NCBI RefSeq assembly: GCF_009829915.1
Contig: NZ_SZZW01000008.1
Location: 4,707 to 36,706, forward strand
Origin: Pantoea sp. Nvir
Lineage (GTDB): Bacteria > Pseudomonadota > Gammaproteobacteria > Enterobacterales > Enterobacteriaceae
Length of the DNA: 32,000 nucleotides
Reading direction: 5' to 3'
Under the pieces are notes generated by a model. The model was not told where the DNA came from. It did not search any database and saw nothing but the letters and a program-made list of their open reading frames with translations. Position numbers and translations under genes: made by a program. Positions 28,138-32,000 of the stretch are shown here, one piece after another. Position 1 is the stretch's first letter; each line of letters starts with the position of its first letter.

Positions 28138-29149
28138 GTTCTGACTCCTGACTAAGCAGTTGGATAAGCTGTTGTGCCATAGCAGGCGAAAGCAAAAATC
28201 CGTGCCTATACATACCATTAAGATAAAAAACTCCATCGCGATATCGAACTTCAGGCATGTTATGGCGATAAGCCGGACGTAGTCCTGTACCACTCTCTAA
28301 AATGCGCGCTTCGACCAACGCTGGATGAATTGCCCAGGCAGCACTGAGAAGTTCCATTACAGCGCGAGCACTAATTGGACTAGCATCATTGCTCTCTACC
28401 ATGGTGGAACCGAGCATGAAACGACCGCCAGCACGCGGTACTAAATAGCAGGGAAAGCGCGGATGTAGCAGCCGAATAGGACGGGTAAAATGGAGATCGT
28501 TGCATTCCAAGATAAGCATTTCACCTCGTACCGCACGCAATTCAGGCTGATGATCCGTAGCATAAATGCCTCTACAATCTATTATAACCCCATTGGGTTT
28601 TCCAGTATGAAACGCGACGCCGCCCTCTTTAAGGCGGGTCTGCAACTGAAGCAACGCATCACGCGGGTCCAAGTGTGCTTCACTAGGAAAAAAGAGACCA
28701 CGCACAAAACGCCCGGCTAATTCAGGTTCCAAGTCTGAAGGATCAACCCATTGATAACCGCACGTCACGCGAGCAAAACGCGTCAGCTCCGAAGTGTCCC
28801 GTGGAGACACCACCACTAGAGTACCCTTATGTACTACACCCTTAATCCTCTGTGACCACCAAGAGGCAGCGCATTGGCCTAAGTTGATAACTTGCTCCGG
28901 TGCGCTCTCTCCTTCGCAAAATGGAGCGAGCATCCCTCCAGCCCAGTGCGACGCAGAAGCTTCATTCCCAATGATGACCTCTAGGGATTCCCCTTGTTCA
29001 GCAAGCAGCGTGGCAACGCATAAACCAACAACGCCGCTTCCAATAACGGACCAGCTGGCCACTACCCGCGAGCAGCTAAACACAAAAACGTGAAAAAGAA
29101 ATAGTGGTTCACGTTGACCTTGACCTCTACATGCAAACTTATGATACAC
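28127..29149 (-). CDS. thiO: FAD-dependent glycine oxidase ThiO (true start uncertain, possibly GTG at 29062)
   Basis: 340-aa ORF with the dinucleotide motif VIGSGVVGLCVA at aa 35-46. The first 29 aa (MYHKFACRGQGQREPLFLFHVFVFSCSRV) look non-native. A GTG at 29062 would give MASWSVIGSG. Gene order thiO-thiS-thiG-thiF with tight junctions supports the call. Confidence 0.8.
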   Translation of the reverse strand: MYHKFACRGQGQREPLFLFHVFVFSCSRVVASWSVIGSGVVGLCVATLLAEQGESLEVIIGNEASASHWAGGMLAPFCEGESAPEQVINLGQCAASWWSQRIKGVVHKGTLVVVSPRDTSELTRFARVTCGYQWVDPSDLEPELAGRFVRGLFFPSEAHLDPRDALLQLQTRLKEGGVAFHTGKPNGVIIDCRGIYATDHQPELRAVRGEMLILECNDLHFTRPIRLLHPRFPCYLVPRAGGRFMLGSTMVESNDASPISARAVMELLSAAWAIHPALVEARILESGTGLRPAYRHNMPEVRYRDGVFYLNGMYRHGFLLSPAMAQQLIQLLSQESEHAN

Positions 29150-29467
29150 AAAGGGAAATCATGGGAAGCAGCGAAACAGTGGTTTTATATCCCTTAGCAA
29201 ACAGCAAAAAAGACACATCACTAGCAATATCACCTTTCAGTTCGGAGATCTCTAAACCAAGCCCTGTATTATTATGCTTTCCGACCTGTGGACTAATCTT
29301 TTCAATTGTAGAGTAATTGCCTAGTTGGTGCAAGCGCATTATGTTAATCACATATTCAATCTGTGGTTTTATTTCAGCTGTTGAACAACTAAGAGTTGGT
29401 TCCCGTTATAACGACAGATATGAAAAATATAATTAAAACAATATCAAAAACCTACTATTAACATAGC

Positions 29468-29500
29468 AACCACCCCATGTATTTTATACATGGGGTGGTT
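29468..29500. repeat. 14-bp perfect inverted repeat with 5-nt loop (stem-loop)
   Basis: aaccaccccatgta-tttta-tacatggggtggtt. No adjacent T-tract. It lies in the non-coding stretch between thiO and replicon 2. Confidence 0.6.
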
Positions 29501-30221
29501 ATGGTGATTAAAAATTAATAACTAGATTTAAAAAATCCACTGCTTATCATGAATATTTCCAAGGTATTTTAATTTTTAAATTGAATACCTTAACTATAAT
29601 CATCATATGCACTCTATATGATAAACTGCTGCATGAAGCTTGATATCACACAAAAATGATTTGTCAAAGAGCGTAGCGTGAAACAGCAAAACGATCAAAT
29701 ACTGGTTCAGATTAAAGTAAATTATAAAACTACCTTAAAATTGCTTACATCTATTCCGACTAGATTATTGTCTGCGGTGAAACCTTTTGTTATTTTTGCT
29801 GATCTAGATAATAGATCAATTAGACGGTCTGGAATTTTAGCTCATAACTTCTCGTCCACGAGCACTTCAACGAATTAATTTCACGTGCTCCACTGACATA
29901 CTTTTATGCTGATTTTACAATTAATATTTAAGAACCACCATCAAAAATCGCACAAAATTCCGGATGGCAATCATAGTACTTAGATATACTGTGGTGATGA
30001 ATAGATATCAATAAATAATATTATCATGCGATATTGTATACTTGGTTACACTATCTGAACATCAGAGTTAATATGTTGGAACGAGTAAGTTCCTTCGCTT
30101 AAATTTGGTGAAATTTCCTTTTATGTAATGTTTTTATGTGCCTCAATTTGTGCAGTTTTACGGCTCTGATTTTCTATAAGTTAAATAAAAATGACTGTTA
30201 TTATTTTGGTTAGTTCATAAT

Positions 30222-30802
30222 CCACTGTAATCAGTGGATGCAGGATAATAACTAATAGAAAATATTCAAGAACTATATGTTTCTGTTCCGAGAACTATAT
30301 GTTTCTGTTCCGGATGAAAGCCAGGTAATCAATAGTCAAGAGATAAGAAAAATTATCTGAAGCGGGATAGTTTAAGTTTAGAAGATAGAAAGATTCACTG
30401 TAATCAGACGCATCAAATAATAAATCATAATAAGTAGTCAAGAATGGTCACTAATTCAAGTAACTACAAATTCGTTAACAGATATATCGTAGGAACATTC
30501 ACTGTAGTTAACATCACAAAAATACAGAGGATAATCTTAAAAAGACAAATAAAAATAATTAGTTATCATCAATAACCGTAGCTAGTAATTCCACTATATA
30601 AAAAACCAGAGCTCGTTAGCATAAAGATATAAGATAGCGAGAAATGGCTAATCAGTACATATTGGCATAATTTTTATTCATTGAATTAAAATAATTTAAA
30701 TGACTAAATTCCTATTATTAAAGAAAAATTAAATACGGAAATAGGGCGATTTTAATATCTGTACACTACAGTAAATTTACAAAATCACTGATTACAGTGA
30801 AC
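30222..30802. repeat. Dispersed downstream iteron copies of replicon 2 (incA-like control locus)
   Basis: Core tgatta(c/t)agtg(a/g)a is found at 30788-30802 (direct, ctgattacagtgaac), 30394-30407 (inverted, perfect ctgattacagtgaa) and 30222-30233 (inverted, ccactgtaatca). Degenerate inverted copies lie at 30498-30510 and 30590-30598. Confidence 0.65.
30269..30312 (+). repeat. Perfect tandem duplication, 2 x 22 bp (agaactatatgtttctgttccg)
   Basis: The units at 30269-30290 and 30291-30312 are identical. Confidence 0.9.
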
Positions 30803-30810
30803 ACCATCTG

Positions 30811-31752
30811 TCAATCATTAAAATTAAGTGTGTTGATCAATTCTATATTTTCAAAATTGCTTATCCCATCGAGCTTCGGCGTGCGACTATGGATGATAAA
30901 AAATACCGAACACCCGCGTTTGCCTTCTGAATAATCTAGATAACCTATTTTTTTCAATTGCTCCATAGCACGCCGCACGACATAATTTTGTGTGGTTATT
31001 TTAGACCCTAAATTCAAACGTATGCGAAGACGTGCCAGTGAAATAGGTGCTGGATTTATCGGAAGACTCTCAAGGAACGTATAGAGTGCTTGGGCAGATT
31101 CTTTGCGCTTGAGTTGGGATATTGCCCTAAGTTGCAGTAAAACTTTATGGTCGAAATTATATAATTCAAACAATTTAGGATCGGACTGAATTCTGACCAC
31201 ATCTTTTTCTCGATCGTAGTAGGCTGATTGCACTAAATGAGTATGATAAGCCTTACCATTTCCTTCAAAAGATAAAGTGTTAGTCGATATACGGCGTAGG
31301 GAAGCATCGAGTCTTTTACGTAATGCTGCCGACGAGTTGGCCGAAGGGATGCCACACATTTTTACAAAATCTATAAAGGGCAAGGTAACAGTGTCCCCTT
31401 GAGTGGGATAACGTGAAAAGGATTGAATTATTCCAGCCCAAGTTTTAAAATCGTTATCCATGTCCAACCGTGCGCCGGTAATGATTACCTTCTCATAACC
31501 CTCTGCTTTTACTAGTGAAAGATTCTTTAGTTCCTTAGTCGCATCAGTAGACGCCATCACACCAGATTTACCGCGTGCTGTTGATTTCAATGTCGGGACA
31601 AATAGCCCCAGCCGCATCAAAGCGACAGGCTGAACAGTGTTATTTTTGTTAGGATGAAGCTGAATAACTTCACCGCCATTTTTGGTTACCAACAGAAAAT
31701 TTTTAAGCAATTCTTTGTTTTTAATATTTTCATCTGACATAACATGAGACAT
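30811..31752 (-). CDS. repA: Plasmid replication initiator RepA, P1 RepA / RepFIB family (replicon 2)
   Basis: 313-aa [90 protein letters not shown] and [11 protein letters not shown] lie closer to the remembered RepFIB RepA than the first copy does. The start could be the M at 31740. Confidence 0.9.
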   Translation of the reverse strand: MSHVMSDENIKNKELLKNFLLVTKNGGEVIQLHPNKNNTVQPVALMRLGLFVPTLKSTARGKSGVMASTDATKELKNLSLVKAEGYEKVIITGARLDMDNDFKTWAGIIQSFSRYPTQGDTVTLPFIDFVKMCGIPSANSSAALRKRLDASLRRISTNTLSFEGNGKAYHTHLVQSAYYDREKDVVRIQSDPKLFELYNFDHKVLLQLRAISQLKRKESAQALYTFLESLPINPAPISLARLRIRLNLGSKITTQNYVVRRAMEQLKKIGYLDYSEGKRGCSVFFIIHSRTPKLDGISNFENIELINTLNFND

Positions 31753-31780
31753 CCATTCCTACGAATGAGAAAATTATTCT

Positions 31781-31879
31781 CTAACTATAGTGAACACTAT
31801 CACTGATTATAGTGAATATTTTACAGAATATAGTGAATTATTTACTGATTATAGTGAACTGTTTGCTGATTATAGTGGA
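31781..31879 (+). repeat. Five iterons of replicon 2 (consensus ctgattatagtgaa, 21-22-bp register)
   Basis: Cores start at 31781, 31803, 31824, 31845 and 31866, with spacing 22, 21, 21, 21. They lie immediately upstream of the minus-strand repA-2 start. Confidence 0.85.
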
Positions 31880-31889
31880 CATCATCGCC

Positions 31890-31920
31890 GCCGCAGGCCT
31901 TGTCAGATAAGGCCTGCGGC
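31890..31920. repeat. GC-rich 12-bp perfect stem with 7-nt loop between the iterons and the GATC cluster
   Basis: gccgcaggcctt-gtcagat-aaggcctgcggc. Confidence 0.6.
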
Positions 31921-31927
31921 AATCAGG

Positions 31928-31976
31928 GATCTATTTGGATCTATTTTAGATCTATTTGTGATCATCTATTAGGATC
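31928..31976. repeat. Five phased GATC (Dam) sites of origin 2
   Basis: GATC occurs at 31928, 31938, 31949, 31960 and 31973, embedded in repeated gatctattt-like units. Confidence 0.75.
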
Positions 31977-31989
31977 TAATTCTTGTATA

Positions 31990-31998
31990 TGTGGATAA
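31990..31998 (-). promoter_or_regulatory. Consensus DnaA box (TTATCCACA on the minus strand), origin 2
   Basis: tgtggataa is an exact reverse complement of the DnaA box. It sits at the outer edge of origin 2, mirroring origin 1. Confidence 0.75.
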
Positions 31999-32000
31999 GT

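Noticed and set aside
21739-28293. Longest-ORF start codons for crtE (21739), lpxL (23937), thiS (28293) and the recombinase (8925).
   Set aside because: Alignment with remembered homologues places the native N-termini at internal Met codons: 21781, 23916, 28137 and 8946. The upstream extensions are non-homologous, and for thiS the extension overlaps thiO.
29215-29275. TPP (THI-box) riboswitch upstream of thiO on the minus strand.
   Set aside because: Only loose resemblance: UAGAGA for CUGAGA, GAACUGAAAGG for GAACCUGAUC, AUAUUGC for UAAUGCC. I could not build the P2/P4-P5 pairings. It is not called as a feature; the apparent absence is reported as a finding to be tested with cmsearch.
29104-29878. 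Short ORFs 29104..29316(+), 29139..29351(-) and 29678..29878(+) in the thiO-repA2 spacer.
   Set aside because: They are mutually overlapping or antisense, have no motifs or RBS, and lie in the leader or eroded region. A faint ParA-like 'VIFADLDNRS' in 29678..29878 is too short and lacks a Walker A motif.
31790-31972. 60-aa ORF (MNTITDYSEYFTEYSELFTDYSELFADYSG...) with a striking internal peptide repeat.
   Set aside because: The peptide repeat is simply the translation of the five replicon-2 iterons. The region is origin DNA, not a gene.

Overview
This window reads as part of a large plasmid or chromid from a Pantoea/Erwinia-type Enterobacterales. The taxon call rests on CrtE, LpxL, Map and YdeP similarity recalled from memory. 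There are signs of genome erosion: kb-scale AT-rich spacers and orphaned pathway genes. Three blocks stand out.

(1) 1 to about 7100 is an extremely AT-rich accessory island. My hand counts on sample 60-nt lines give 7/60 G+C in spacer 2101-2160 and 12/60 in coding 3421-3480, against 34/60 in 10381-10440. It holds two divergent operons. On the minus strand are a Gfo/Idh/MocA oxidoreductase and a DegT-type PLP aminotransferase; the latter is open to the window edge and absent from the ORF track. On the plus strand is a four-gene operon: a 3-His cupin-like protein, an unknown (possibly CYTH-like) protein, an NDK-like gene split by an in-frame TAG, and a histidine phosphatase. I think this island is the best candidate for an undescribed system, most likely a small-molecule or nucleotide-related pathway, but I cannot name a product.

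(2) Two complete, mutually divergent P1/RepFIB-type replicons are present, each ordered DnaA box, phased GATC sites, five iterons, repA, downstream iterons. They lie at 7103-8420 (+) and 30222-31998 (-) and face each other. A serine recombinase sits beside the first, at the compositional boundary.

(3) Between the replicons is about 21 kb of metabolic and housekeeping genes: glutamate dehydrogenase, a 1262-aa single ORF fusing glycoside-hydrolase, glycosyltransferase and FAD (GLF/amine-oxidase-like) modules, a ydeP-like molybdoenzyme, fumC, a lone crtE, lpxL, map and thiO-thiS-thiG-thiF.

I found no rRNA, tRNA, CRISPR array or transposase. All functional calls come from motif and sequence recall, not database searches.
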